Shown here one piece after another: positions 52,143 through 62,156 of a stretch of DNA of 64,000 bases. Positions within the stretch are counted from its first letter, which is position 1, and every line of letters begins with the position of its first letter. Where the stretch lies: the NCBI GenBank assembly GCA_965237805.1, contig OZ250153.1, positions 928,001 to 992,000 on the forward strand, written 5' to 3'. Made by a program: the position numbers and the translations under genes. Origin of the DNA: Gammaproteobacteria bacterium. GTDB taxonomy: Bacteria > Pseudomonadota > Gammaproteobacteria > JABABF01. Under the pieces are notes generated by a model. That model saw only the letters and a program-made list of their open reading frames with translations, was not told the DNA's origin and ran no database searches.

Positions 52143-52317
52143 GGGATCGGCGGCAGAGCGCGGCAAGGGGGAGACATTCTAGAGACCCCCAGTACAAAAG
52201 TAAACCAGAGCCCCGCGCTACCGCAAAAATCTTTGCCCATCAGCGGACAGCTGCAGGCTTTGCGATATATAATGTGCGGATGCCATTTTCACCACAGATA
52301 AGGCGGCTGAGGAGGCC

Positions 52318-52695
52318 ATGACCAGCGCACCGTCGGCAGCGGCAGAGATCGGCGATACCGAGGTCACCCACCGTATCGAGCAGCAATTGCGGGATCATCA
52401 GATTCTGCTGTATATGAAAGGCTCGCCCCACCAGCCCCGTTGCGGTTTTTCGGGGCGCGTCATCGAAATTTTAGTTGAGATCGGGCAGCGTTTCGCTTTT
52501 GTCGACATCCTCGACAATCCGGACATCCGCCGAGTGTTGCCCGACTTTGCCCAGTGGCCCACTTTCCCCCAGTTGTGGCTGGAAGGTGAATTGATCGGCG
52601 GCTGCGACATCGTCGAAGAGCTGCACCGCAAGGGTGAGTTGCGCTCGAAGATCGAGCGTGCAGCAACAACAGAAACAGCCCCCTCCGCTCAATAG
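52318..52695 (+). CDS. grxD: Monothiol glutaredoxin Grx4
   Basis: MKG.P..P.CGFS, WPTFPQL, GGCDI. Confidence 0.95.
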   Translation: MTSAPSAAAEIGDTEVTHRIEQQLRDHQILLYMKGSPHQPRCGFSGRVIEILVEIGQRFAFVDILDNPDIRRVLPDFAQWPTFPQLWLEGELIGGCDIVEELHRKGELRSKIERAATTETAPSAQ

Positions 52696-52728
52696 CCTAG
52701 CCAACCTGCCCCACCAGCACGGCAGCTA

Positions 52729-54636
52729 ATGGCACTGGCGATATCGACTTTTAGCAAGGACACGGGTGGTGCCACCCTGTTTAAAGCCCTCGGCCACCCC
52801 TTGGCGGTCGACGCGGCGCTCAATGTGCGTGGGAAACTGTCTGCCGCCCGCCATCCCGTCGCCTACGACCCACACGGCGTACTGCCAGAATTCGATGCGC
52901 TCTACCCCTTGGGCGGTGCCGCCCCACGCCAGCTATTTGTGCAGGATATGGAACAGATCGGGCAGCGCCGCTCCGGCTGTGTGACCGAGGCAGTGACGGC
53001 GCTGCCTGACAGCGGGGCAGATTTGCTGTTTGTCCCCAGCTTCGATAGCAAAGCGGAGCTGGCGGCGATCGGCCAGCGACTGCCCAGCGACTGCGCAGTG
53101 GTGACACTGGATTCCCTGCGCCTGCCAGAGCGGATGCTGAGCGACCCGAGCAACTACCTGTCGCCGATCAATTTTGCCACCAACCTGCTGTGGTTCCGCG
53201 ACGGTGATGGCGGCCATATGCGCCTGAACACAGTCAATTACTGGGGTCTGTACGGTGCCGAGCGCACTTGGCTCTGGTGCCGTCTATTCGATGCCGACGG
53301 CGCGGTGTTGGCCGAATTCGAACAAGCCGCCGGACCGACTGGAGCGAGCATCATCATCGACAGCCAAGCCGTGCGCAAAAGGCATCGACTCGGCGATTTC
53401 TGTGGACAGATCTTGATCCATGTGGTCGGTGCCGCTGGCCACGATATCGTCAAATACACGCTGGATGAATACGGTGACGAGACCGGGCGGCTGTCCTGCA
53501 CCCACGACGCCAATGCGTGGCCCGCCATGCGCTACGCTGGCCTGCCAGCACCCCGAGCGGGGGAACGCCTGTTGCTGTGGGTGCAAAATGCGCATCCGAC
53601 ACCCATCCCAAGCGGCGCAATAGGCTGCAACCGGATGGGGCGGGACGACGACATCCGTCACTACAACGAAGAGATTCCACCCTTTGGCACCCGCGCCATC
53701 GATGTCGGCGAGCTGTGGAGCGAGCTGTGTTGGCCGCAGCAACTGGAAGTGCGGGCGGGTCGCCATGTCGTGCGTCCGCGCTACGAGTTGTTGCAACGAG
53801 AGTCCCACCGCCGCCACTGCAGCCACATCAATATCGAACGCGATGACCTGAGCGCCAATGTGCGGCGCGACACATTGACACGCTGGGCCGGCAAGGGCTA
53901 TCTGCTACCGGCACCCGTGTTGCCGACGACCGAATTCCAAAGTGAATGCCTCCCCACGCCCATGTCACTAGCACAGCACGAGTTGCCGTTGCGGGCACTG
54001 GTCTACGACAGCGGCGGGCAGCTGGTGGCCGAGCACTCCCTCGGACGGCTACCGCGCGACCATGCCGCCACACTGGATTTGGGGGGCTTGGCCAGCGATG
54101 CCCTCGCCGAGGCTTGCGGCCATGTCGAGCTGTGCTATGAGCCGGCGCTGGACGGGGATGTCGACGGCTGGCTACACGCCTTGTTCCGCTACACACTGCG
54201 TGCCAGCAACCACGTGGCCGAAACCAGTTTTGGGGCGCATCTGTTCAACCACCCCTTGGTCTACCGCGATGAACCGCAGTCCTATCGCGGCCCAGCACCC
54301 GGCTTGACGACGCGGCTCTACCTGCGCCTCGCCCCGGCACCCGCACAGACTTTTTGCCAACTGATCTACCCCATCAGCGAGCGATGGCATGATCACAGCG
54401 CCACCGCGCTGTCGCTGTTCGACGGCGGTGGCCATGAGGTGGCCCGCCATTCCCTACAGATCCCCGCCAGTGGTTCAGCGCTGCTCTGTATGGCGCAGCT
54501 ATTCGATGACGATCAGCGGCGGGCGGCGGGCGACCGGGCTTGGCTGCAGGTGCGGGACACCAGCTGCCGACTGTTTGGTTATCAATGGACGCGTGCGGGC
54601 GATGCCTTCGCCTTGGATCACCTGTTCGGCTTTTGA
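52729..54636 (+). CDS. Conserved hypothetical protein (635 aa) with internally repeated modules
   Basis: Long ORF with normal codon usage; no family recognised; three copies of an (F/Y)DxxGxx(L/V)A motif. Confidence 0.75.
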   Translation: MALAISTFSKDTGGATLFKALGHPLAVDAALNVRGKLSAARHPVAYDPHGVLPEFDALYPLGGAAPRQLFVQDMEQIGQRRSGCVTEAVTALPDSGADLLFVPSFDSKAELAAIGQRLPSDCAVVTLDSLRLPERMLSDPSNYLSPINFATNLLWFRDGDGGHMRLNTVNYWGLYGAERTWLWCRLFDADGAVLAEFEQAAGPTGASIIIDSQAVRKRHRLGDFCGQILIHVVGAAGHDIVKYTLDEYGDETGRLSCTHDANAWPAMRYAGLPAPRAGERLLLWVQNAHPTPIPSGAIGCNRMGRDDDIRHYNEEIPPFGTRAIDVGELWSELCWPQQLEVRAGRHVVRPRYELLQRESHRRHCSHINIERDDLSANVRRDTLTRWAGKGYLLPAPVLPTTEFQSECLPTPMSLAQHELPLRALVYDSGGQLVAEHSLGRLPRDHAATLDLGGLASDALAEACGHVELCYEPALDGDVDGWLHALFRYTLRASNHVAETSFGAHLFNHPLVYRDEPQSYRGPAPGLTTRLYLRLAPAPAQTFCQLIYPISERWHDHSATALSLFDGGGHEVARHSLQIPASGSALLCMAQLFDDDQRRAAGDRAWLQVRDTSCRLFGYQWTRAGDAFALDHLFGF

Positions 54637-54656
54637 TGCTGGCCGGACGATCTGTT

Positions 54657-54684
54657 TTGAGTCGAGAACTGGCCGTTCTATAAT
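54657..54684 (+). promoter_or_regulatory. Sigma70-type promoter of the ELM1-like gene
   Basis: TTGAGT-N16-TATAAT; the spacer holds the inverted repeat AGAAC-N5-GTTCT. Confidence 0.45.
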
Positions 54685-54793
54685 GATGGCCGCGGGCGAA
54701 AACGGTATGTGCCGATATTGGTCATAGTCGTTCTGGCCTAGCGACCAGCGCCTCGGCGCTCAGACCCGCCGCCTCTCTGCCAAGCTCTGACTG

Positions 54794-55804
54794 ATGGTGC
54801 AGCTCGCAAAGACTGCCAAGCCCAAGATCTTGGGCATCAGCGAGGACAAAATGGGCATGTCGGTTCAGGTGGAGGGCTTGGCGAATGCCGTGGCCACCGT
54901 GGCCGGAGGCATCGCCCACCACAGCTCCTTGCCCCCGCTACCGTTGCACCAACGTGCGCCCCTGCTACGGCGCTGGATGCAGCAGCCCAAAGCGCTGATC
55001 GCCGAGCACTCCGACGCGACGATGATCGTCGGCTGCGGCAATGCGGTGGCACCCCTTGTGCAGGCCTTCGGGGCGGCGACTGGCGCGTTCACCGTGTGGA
55101 TCCAGCGGCCACCGCCAGACGTGAAAAAATTCGATTCGGTGGTTGTTCCGCAACACGATCAAATGGTGGGGGACGACGTGCTGAGCACCATCGGCGCGGT
55201 GAACGCGCTATTGCCTGAGGAACTTGCCGACCGCGAAAAAGTGGCACCGCACACGCTGCGGAAGTTGGCGCATCCACGCCTGCTACTATTGATCGGCGGT
55301 TCCAATCGTGCCTATGCGATGAATGCCGCTGTATGCGAGGCGCTGGTAGGGGAGTGCGTCCGGGCAGTGCGCCGAATCGGCGGCTCGCTAATGATCACGA
55401 GTTCCCGGCGCACAGATCCACAAAGCAGCGCCTACCTGCGAGGCATCCAAGCACCGGACATCTACCAGTGGCACCAAGGTGACTCAGGTGACAACCCCTA
55501 TTTGGATTTCTTGGCCTTGGCCGATGTCGCCGCTGTCACCGTGGACTCGGTGAACATGATCAGCGAGGCCAGTACCGCCCAATTACCCGTGCTGCTGTTG
55601 CCCCTGCCAACCGTCCGCGGCAAGCGGGGTGCCTCGGCACATCGCCGCATCGCCGCCTTTCACCAAAACATGCAAGAGCGCGATTTGGCGCGCCCTTGGC
55701 TGGGGTGGATGGAGCGCTGGGATGTGCCCGGCCTCAATGAGACCAAGCGGGCAGCAGAATGGGTGTGGCGACGCTATCTAGGATCACCAAAGCGGAGCGA
55801 TTAG
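54794..55804 (+). CDS. ELM1/GtrOC1 family putative glycosyltransferase
   Basis: FD.VVVPQHD, LLIGGSN, ITSSRRT, NPYLDFLA.AD, VT.DSVNMISEA. Confidence 0.85.
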   Translation: MVQLAKTAKPKILGISEDKMGMSVQVEGLANAVATVAGGIAHHSSLPPLPLHQRAPLLRRWMQQPKALIAEHSDATMIVGCGNAVAPLVQAFGAATGAFTVWIQRPPPDVKKFDSVVVPQHDQMVGDDVLSTIGAVNALLPEELADREKVAPHTLRKLAHPRLLLLIGGSNRAYAMNAAVCEALVGECVRAVRRIGGSLMITSSRRTDPQSSAYLRGIQAPDIYQWHQGDSGDNPYLDFLALADVAAVTVDSVNMISEASTAQLPVLLLPLPTVRGKRGASAHRRIAAFHQNMQERDLARPWLGWMERWDVPGLNETKRAAEWVWRRYLGSPKRSD

Positions 55805-55806
55805 AC

Positions 55807-55827
55807 ACCCCCCACCCCCCACCCCCC
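55807..55827. repeat. (ACCCCCC)x3 tract; G6TG6TG6 on the minus strand
   Basis: Read directly from the 35-bp gap between convergent genes. Confidence 0.85.
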
Positions 55828-55839
55828 GGTCCGCCGCCT

Positions 55840-56289
55840 TCAATCATCCTTGTAGAAGTCTTCTTCGCTGTAGTTGGCGAGACGCTCCAGCCACCATTGC
55901 GGCGCATTGCCCATCAGGGTCTGGAGATCAAAATAATCACTCCAGCGCGTGATCTTGCCATCCTCGACCCGCTGCATTGAGACAAAAGGCAGGGAGACGA
56001 CCTCGCCAGTGTGGAAATGCCAGTCCTCAACGTGCTCGGTGACCACATTGCCGCCCTCGTCGGAGACGATGGTCTTCAGATGGTGCACATGGTCATCGAT
56101 GACCTCCAGACCAATTTTGAGGCGCTTAGCGATGGCCTTCGGCCCGCGGGCACCATTGTCTGGAGCCGGGACATCCTCGTAGAGGGCATCCTCGGAGAAA
56201 AAGGCCCCGACGGCATCGTAATCCCGCTCCCCGTAAAGCGTGTTCCAGAAACGGATGATGAGTTCTTTGTTCTGTTCTGCGACGCTCAT
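55840..56289 (-). CDS. Limonene-1,2-epoxide hydrolase/SnoaL-like protein
   Basis: YEDVP, VVTEHVEDW, LPFVS, GKITRWSDYFD; GAGGA RBS before ATG 56289. Confidence 0.8.
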   Translation of the reverse strand: MSVAEQNKELIIRFWNTLYGERDYDAVGAFFSEDALYEDVPAPDNGARGPKAIAKRLKIGLEVIDDHVHHLKTIVSDEGGNVVTEHVEDWHFHTGEVVSLPFVSMQRVEDGKITRWSDYFDLQTLMGNAPQWWLERLANYSEEDFYKDD

Positions 56290-56435
56290 GATGTCCTCAT
56301 GTTGAGCAGATTCCAAATCGTATTCTAGAGCATGATGCCAGCCAAGCCCCCGCACGATGGCACCGTATAATCTGGCGGTGAGTTGCTCGGAGCAGCAGAA
56401 GCCACTCCGCCCACCAGCTGCCGTGTATCGCTCCA

Positions 56436-57092
56436 TTGACTGATCCCACCCTGACCCTAGTCATCGGCAACTACAACTACTCGTCGTGGTCCCTGCGGCC
56501 TTGGTTCTTCCTGCGCCAAGCTGGCATCCCTTTCCAGACCGAGCGTATCCCGCTCAATTGCCCTGCCAGTGAGCAGGCGCTGGCGGTGTTGCCCTCCAAC
56601 CACACAGTGCCGATACTGCGCGACGGCGCGCTGGAAGTGTGGGACTCGCTGGCTATCCTCGAACACATCGCCGAGCGCCACCCCGAGGCGCGGGCTTGGC
56701 CGACCGAGCCCGAGAAGCGCGCGCTGGCGCGCTCGGTCGCCGCCGAGATGCATGCCTCTTTTCACCGCCTGCGCCGCCAGCTGCCGATGAATTGCCGCCG
56801 TGCGCCGTGCGCCGTGCCACTCAGCCCAGAGGTCGAGGCCGATGTGCAGCGTATCCGCTCTATCTGGCGCAGCTGCCTTGAGCGTTGCGATGGCGATTGG
56901 TTGTGCGGCGATTTCAGCATCGCCGATGCGATGTACGCCCCGGTGGCCTCACGCTTTCACAGCTACGATGTGGTACTGGACGCGAGGAGCCGCGCCTGGG
57001 TCGATCGGGTGCTGGCCCTGCCGGCAATGCGGCAATGGTACGCCGCCGCCCATGCCGAAAGCGAGCGCATCGAGCTATTTGAGCGGCCCTGA
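56436..57092 (+). CDS. Glutathione S-transferase family protein
   Basis: GNYNYSSWSLRPW, VWDSLAILE, AEMHASF, FSIADAMYAPV. Confidence 0.92.
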   Translation: MTDPTLTLVIGNYNYSSWSLRPWFFLRQAGIPFQTERIPLNCPASEQALAVLPSNHTVPILRDGALEVWDSLAILEHIAERHPEARAWPTEPEKRALARSVAAEMHASFHRLRRQLPMNCRRAPCAVPLSPEVEADVQRIRSIWRSCLERCDGDWLCGDFSIADAMYAPVASRFHSYDVVLDARSRAWVDRVLALPAMRQWYAAAHAESERIELFERP

Positions 57093-57110
57093 GATCACCG
57101 CAGGGTGATC
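57093..57110. terminator. Hairpin between convergent genes
   Basis: GATCACC-gcag-GGTGATC. Confidence 0.35.
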
Positions 57111-57160
57111 GGCGCTGGGCCGATGGCATGGTAGCGCCAACGCCCGGTCGCTCGGCTGGG

Positions 57161-58396
57161 CTAGAGCGATGGCGGCGACGGCCGCAAGGCCCAAGTCTCG
57201 CCTAGGGCCAGCGCACGGAACGCATCGGCTGGCAGTTCAGCGGCGGCTGCGGCGCTGGCCAAGTCGCGGGGCGGGGCATCGATCGCCTCGCCGGATAGTT
57301 GGAAGGTGCCCCAATGGATGCCAATGGCACGCCGGGCACCGATGTCTTGGAAGATCTGCACCGCATCTGCCGGATCGACATGCATCGCCTGCATGAATTG
57401 GCGCGGCAGATAGACCCCGATGGGAATCAGCGCCAAATCCGGTGCCACGAGGCGCTCGGCGATGGTGCGGAACAGGGAGTCGTCATAGCCGGTGTCACCG
57501 CCGAACCACAGTGTGAAATCATCGATGCGCACATGCCATGAGCTCCACAGGCGCCGGTTGCGATCCCGTAGCCAGCGTCCGCCCCAATGCTGCGCTGGCG
57601 TCGCCACCGCCGTCACTTCGGCCTCACCCTGCTGGTGGCGGCTCTGCTGCCACCAGTCCAGCTCGACGATGCGCTCCGCCGCGATCCCCGCTTGACGCAG
57701 CCAGTCAGCAATGCCTAGCGGCACCAGCCACAACGGCGTATCGCCGAGGGCCCGCACCGTCTTCAAATCCAGATGATCGTAGTGGTCGTGGGAGATCAAC
57801 ACGAAGTGCGGTGCTGGCAACTCCCGCAGCGGTGCGGGCGGCGGAAAAGTGCGCTTGGGGCCGAGGAAAGGCAGGGGCGAGCAGCGCTCTGAGAACATCG
57901 GATCGGTCATCAGGTTGACACTCCGGTACTGCACCAGCACCGTGGAGTGCCCGAGCCAAGTCGCCTGCGGGGCCTCACCCGGGGTGGCCAGTGCGACGGG
58001 ATCCAAGTCGTGGCGCGGTAGCAGATGCTCTTGACCCTCCCAACTGGAGAATTTGCTACGCTCCCGCCGCCATGCCTTAGCACCGTCCCACAGCCGTCGC
58101 CGGGAATCCGGCCCGGACAGCTGGATGGCACCGGAGTCGGGGTCGTATTGATGCAGGTTGCGAAAGCCGCCCTCTGCTCGATGGTGCGCTGGCGCAGCAT
58201 CCGCAGCGCCCTCTGCAGCGCTCATCACAGCTGGCACCGACAGCGCGACCAGCAGACACAAGACCAGCGGCAACTGCCCGCGCTCAGGTGGCATCGCCGA
58301 CAACACAGCGCTGCCGAGAGGGCATACATCGAGCACTTTGAGCGACCCTGAGACAGCTGAGGACTCCCTCCTGATCCGGCTGAACTGAGTGGCCAT
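57161..58396 (-). CDS. MBL-fold metallo-hydrolase, NAPE-PLD/RomA-like, probably exported
   Basis: TWLGHST, TDPMFS, SHDHYDHLD, GDTGY, IHWGTF; signal-like segment after Met at 58294 (alternative start). Confidence 0.88.
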   Translation of the reverse strand: MATQFSRIRRESSAVSGSLKVLDVCPLGSAVLSAMPPERGQLPLVLCLLVALSVPAVMSAAEGAADAAPAHHRAEGGFRNLHQYDPDSGAIQLSGPDSRRRLWDGAKAWRRERSKFSSWEGQEHLLPRHDLDPVALATPGEAPQATWLGHSTVLVQYRSVNLMTDPMFSERCSPLPFLGPKRTFPPPAPLRELPAPHFVLISHDHYDHLDLKTVRALGDTPLWLVPLGIADWLRQAGIAAERIVELDWWQQSRHQQGEAEVTAVATPAQHWGGRWLRDRNRRLWSSWHVRIDDFTLWFGGDTGYDDSLFRTIAERLVAPDLALIPIGVYLPRQFMQAMHVDPADAVQIFQDIGARRAIGIHWGTFQLSGEAIDAPPRDLASAAAAAELPADAFRALALGETWALRPSPPSL

Positions 58397-58411
58397 CCGC
58401 TCGGGATCGGC

Positions 58412-58603
58412 CTAGTGTGCCAGCGCGGCATCGGCACCATCCGCTGCGAGATCCATGGATAGCGCCGACAGCGTGGCCGACAGGCACAGCGGCAACTGCC
58501 AACACACAGGCGCAGTCGGGATCGGCTGCAAGAAACACACCGCCGCGAAACTCTGCGGCTTTGATGCTGGCACGGTACCGTCGATGGATGCCGTAGCGCT
58601 CAT
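58412..58603 (-). pseudogene. Short ORF: truncated duplicate of the MBL hydrolase N-terminus, in frame with it across a TAG
   Basis: QLPLCLSATLSALSMDLAADGADAALAH* versus QLPLVLCLLVALSVPAVMSAAEGAADAAPAHH; ATGA overlap with the pyrC stop. Confidence 0.55.
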
Positions 58604-59637
58604 GCCACCTCCGCCCGCCACGCCAGCTCCTCGCCAGCCGCCAACGGCACCAGCTCCTCGCCAGCCATATCCAAACTCTTCGGCAGCTGCCAGCTGCGGC
58701 GGTGCAGCTCGATGTACCCGGTATTCAACGGCAGGCCGTAGAAGTCGGCCCCGCGACGACTGGCGAAATCCTCGAGCTGATCCAAAGCTCCGGCCTGCTC
58801 AAAGACAGTGGCGTAAAACTCCAATGCCGCTGGTGCGGTATAACAGCCCGCGCAACCGCAGGCCGCCTCTTTATCGCCACGGCGGTGCGGTGCCGAGTCG
58901 GTGCCAAGGAAAAAGCGCCGATCGCTACCAGTGGCGGCGGCGACCAGCGCCTGACGATCGCTTTCGCGCTGGAGCAAGGGGCGGCAGAAGTAGTGCGCTC
59001 GCAAACCGTCGCCGAGCAGCGCATTGCGGTTGTGCAACAGGTGATGCGCCGTGATGGTGGCCGCCAGTGTCGGCGGACCGGCGCGCACAAAGTCCACAGC
59101 ATAGGCTGTGGAAATATGCTCGACGACGACACGCAGAGCCGGGAAACGGCTCATCGCCGGTGCCAGCTCCCGCTCGATGAAATGCTGCTCGCGATCGAAG
59201 GCATCGAGCGTCGGATCCGGCGACTCAGCGTGCACCGACAGCACCAACCCGACCTCCTGCATCGCCTCAAGCACCGGATAGACATCCTCGGCGCGGCGCA
59301 CGCCAGCGTCGGCACCGGTGGTGACGCCAGCGGGATACCATTTGATCGCTTGGATCAGGCCGCTCTCGCGGGCGGTCGCAATCTCCGCCACCGAGCTCTG
59401 CGCGCTGAGGTAGAGCGTCATCAGCGGCTCGAAATCGCAGCCGTTCGCGGCTTCCAAGATGCGTGTTCGGTAAGCGCGTGCCAGCGCCGTCGTCGTCACC
59501 GGCTGCTCTAAATTCGGCATCACCAGCGCGCGGGCAAAACAGCGGGCGGCATCGGGCACCGTACGATTCAAAGCCGCTCCATCGCGCAAGTGCACATGCC
59601 AATCGTCCGGGCAGATCATGTGGAGGACATTGCTCAT
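58600..59637 (-). CDS. pyrC: Dihydroorotase (type II)
   Basis: [35 protein letters not shown]. Confidence 0.95.
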   Translation of the reverse strand: MSNVLHMICPDDWHVHLRDGAALNRTVPDAARCFARALVMPNLEQPVTTTALARAYRTRILEAANGCDFEPLMTLYLSAQSSVAEIATARESGLIQAIKWYPAGVTTGADAGVRRAEDVYPVLEAMQEVGLVLSVHAESPDPTLDAFDREQHFIERELAPAMSRFPALRVVVEHISTAYAVDFVRAGPPTLAATITAHHLLHNRNALLGDGLRAHYFCRPLLQRESDRQALVAAATGSDRRFFLGTDSAPHRRGDKEAACGCAGCYTAPAALEFYATVFEQAGALDQLEDFASRRGADFYGLPLNTGYIELHRRSWQLPKSLDMAGEELVPLAAGEELAWRAEVA

Positions 59638-59726
59638 GGCAGGGCAGATTACCATATAGCCCAAGCTGGCTGACGCACAGCGTGATGTCGCCGCTTGTTA
59701 GTCCTCCATCTACCCCCGCAACACAG

Positions 59727-60944
59727 ATGTCCACAAAGCCCCCACGCAAAGTCGTTCTGGCCTATTCCGGTGGCTTGGACACCGCCGTGATTCTGCGTTG
59801 GCTACAACGGGAATACGGTGCCGAGGTCATCACCTTCACCGCCGACATCGGGCAGGGCGAGGAAACCGAGGATGCCCGCCGCCGGGCGCAAGCAATGGGC
59901 GTGGAGCGCATCCATGTCAAGGATCTGCGCGAGGAGTTCTGCCGTGATTTCGTGTTTCCAATGCTGCGCGCCAACGCCTTGTACGAGGGCGAGTACCTGC
60001 TCGGCACCGCCATCGCGCGCCCCCTAATCGCACGCCATTTGGTCGAAATTGCTCGCGCTGAGGGTGCCGATGCCATCGCCCACGGTGCCACCGGCAAGGG
60101 CAACGACCAAGTGCGCTTCGAGTTGGGGGTGGCGGCGCTGGCACCAGATCTGCACGTGGTGGCACCGTGGCGCGAGTGGGGCATCCGCTCCCGCCAGCAG
60201 CTGTTGGACTACTGCGCCCAGCACGATATCACCGTCAAGACGCGCCCAGCTGGCAAAGCACCGTACTCGATGGATGCCAACCTGCTGCACGTGTCCTATG
60301 AGGGCGGCGAGCTGGAAGACCCGTGGCAGCCGCCGCCGGAGCAGATGTGGCGACGGACCAAGGCACCGGAGCAGGCACCGGAGCAAGCGCTGGAGCTGGA
60401 AATTGAATTCGAGGGCGGCGACCCAGTGGCGGTGGCGGGCGAGCGGGCGAGCCCGGCCACCCTGTTAGAGCGCCTCAACCAGTTGGGTGGCGAACACGGT
60501 ATCGGCCGCGCCGACTTGGTGGAAAACCGCTATGTGGGCATCAAATCGCGCGGCTGCTACGAGACTCCGGGGGGCACCCTGTTACTGCGTGCGCGGCGTG
60601 CGATCGAATCGCTGACACTGGACCGCCAGGCGGCACATCTCAAAGACGAGCTGATGCCACGCTACGCCGAGTTGATCTACAACGGCTACTGGTGGTCACC
60701 AGAGCGGCGCATGCTACAGGCGGCGATCGACGCATCACAGGAAGGGGTCGACGGCAGCGTGCGCCTGCGGCTCTATCGGGGCGGCGTGCAAGTGATCGGT
60801 CGCCGCTCCCAGAATGGCCTCTACGATGAGCGGCTGGCTACTTTTGGCGATGACCGAGACGGCTACGACCAGCGCGATGCTGGCGGCTTCATCCGGCTGT
60901 CCGGTCTGCGCCTGCGCTCGGCGGCTCGACGCGGCGAGCGCTGA
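59727..60944 (+). CDS. argG: Argininosuccinate synthase
   Basis: [41 protein letters not shown]. Confidence 0.97.
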   Translation: MSTKPPRKVVLAYSGGLDTAVILRWLQREYGAEVITFTADIGQGEETEDARRRAQAMGVERIHVKDLREEFCRDFVFPMLRANALYEGEYLLGTAIARPLIARHLVEIARAEGADAIAHGATGKGNDQVRFELGVAALAPDLHVVAPWREWGIRSRQQLLDYCAQHDITVKTRPAGKAPYSMDANLLHVSYEGGELEDPWQPPPEQMWRRTKAPEQAPEQALELEIEFEGGDPVAVAGERASPATLLERLNQLGGEHGIGRADLVENRYVGIKSRGCYETPGGTLLLRARRAIESLTLDRQAAHLKDELMPRYAELIYNGYWWSPERRMLQAAIDASQEGVDGSVRLRLYRGGVQVIGRRSQNGLYDERLATFGDDRDGYDQRDAGGFIRLSGLRLRSAARRGER

Positions 60945-60997
60945 TCACGCGCACCCCCACGGGTAGACATTCGGGCAGCTGTGACCCAACGCGATCA

Positions 60998-61026
60998 TTG
61001 ACACCGTCTGCACCCTGTAGTAATCT
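60998..61026 (+). promoter_or_regulatory. Sigma70-type promoter of the kshA-kshA-hsaC cluster
   Basis: TTGACA-N17-TAATCT. Confidence 0.55.
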
Positions 61027-61121
61027 GAAATTGTGCAGTTGGCTTGCCATAGCGTGGCAACCGAACTGGGATTGCCAGCCACATTGACTGGTGCGTAGCG
61101 AGATGAGGAAAGCAAGCAACC

Positions 61122-62156
61122 ATGGCCAGAAACCGAGAACCCCGCCGCATCATCGCGGCTCCCATCGAAGAGCGTTACGCACGCGGTTGGCATTGCCTCG
61201 GGCTCGCCTCGGACTACACCGAAACCCCCAAGCTGCTCAAGAACTTCGGCACCGAGCTCGCGGTCTACCGGGGCGAGGACGGCCAAGTGCACATCCTCGA
61301 TGCCTTCTGCCCGCATATGGGCGGCAATCTGTCGCTGGGTGAGGTCTGCGGCAACTCGCTGGTCTGCCCTTTCCACCACTGGAGCTGGGGGGCGGACGGG
61401 GTCTGCGACAACATCCCCTACGCCAAGAAGATCCCACCGGAAGCGGTGATCCGCTCGTGGCCAGCGGTGGAGGAGAACAAGCTGCTGTTCGTCTGGCACG
61501 ACCACGAGGGCAATCCGCCCCTCCCCGAGCAGAAAATTGAACGCATCGAGGATTGTTTTTCAGACGATTGGACTGACTGGCAGGTGGGGCATCAGGTCAT
61601 CCACACCAACTGCCGCGAGCTGATCGACAACATGGGGGATGCCGCCCACTTCGGCCCGGTGCACGGTGCGCCCTGCAATGGCTTCACCAACACCGCCGAC
61701 GGCCACAAATACACCCAAATGATGAAGGGTAGCAGCGAGAGCCTGTCCGAGGGGGAGCTGGTTAGCACGGCCATCTACTACGGTCCGGCCTACATGAACA
61801 CCTATATGACCGGTCAGCTCCGCGGTGTTGAGATAGCCTCACGGCTGTTGGTGACCCATGTGCCGATCGATGTCGACAGCTTCGATCTGCGTTTCGGTGT
61901 CATCGTCAAAAAAATCTCGGGTGGGAGCGATGCCGAAAACGAGGCGATGGCACAGCAATATGTCGATCTGAATAATATTGCCTTTGGCCAAGATGTCGAT
62001 ATCTGGCACACCAAACGGCGTGTCGACAACCCGGTGCTGTGCGACGGCGACGGCCCGATCCACATGGTGCGCAAGTGGTATAGCCAGTTCTACATGGACA
62101 TCGACAAGGTGCCCAAGGCGCTACAGAGCAAAAAGGAATTCGTGCTAGACATCTAG
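61122..62156 (+). CDS. kshA: 3-ketosteroid 9-alpha-hydroxylase oxygenase subunit, copy 1
   Basis: RYARGWHCLG, Rieske CPH...CPFH, NCRELIDN..D..HF...H, QDVDIW, DGDGP. Confidence 0.88.
   Translation: MARNREPRRIIAAPIEERYARGWHCLGLASDYTETPKLLKNFGTELAVYRGEDGQVHILDAFCPHMGGNLSLGEVCGNSLVCPFHHWSWGADGVCDNIPYAKKIPPEAVIRSWPAVEENKLLFVWHDHEGNPPLPEQKIERIEDCFSDDWTDWQVGHQVIHTNCRELIDNMGDAAHFGPVHGAPCNGFTNTADGHKYTQMMKGSSESLSEGELVSTAIYYGPAYMNTYMTGQLRGVEIASRLLVTHVPIDVDSFDLRFGVIVKKISGGSDAENEAMAQQYVDLNNIAFGQDVDIWHTKRRVDNPVLCDGDGPIHMVRKWYSQFYMDIDKVPKALQSKKEFVLDI

Noticed and set aside
60361-60386. 12-bp tandem repeat in argG (APEQAPEQ)
   Set aside because: It is in frame and falls in a naturally repetitive PE.AP segment of ArgG.
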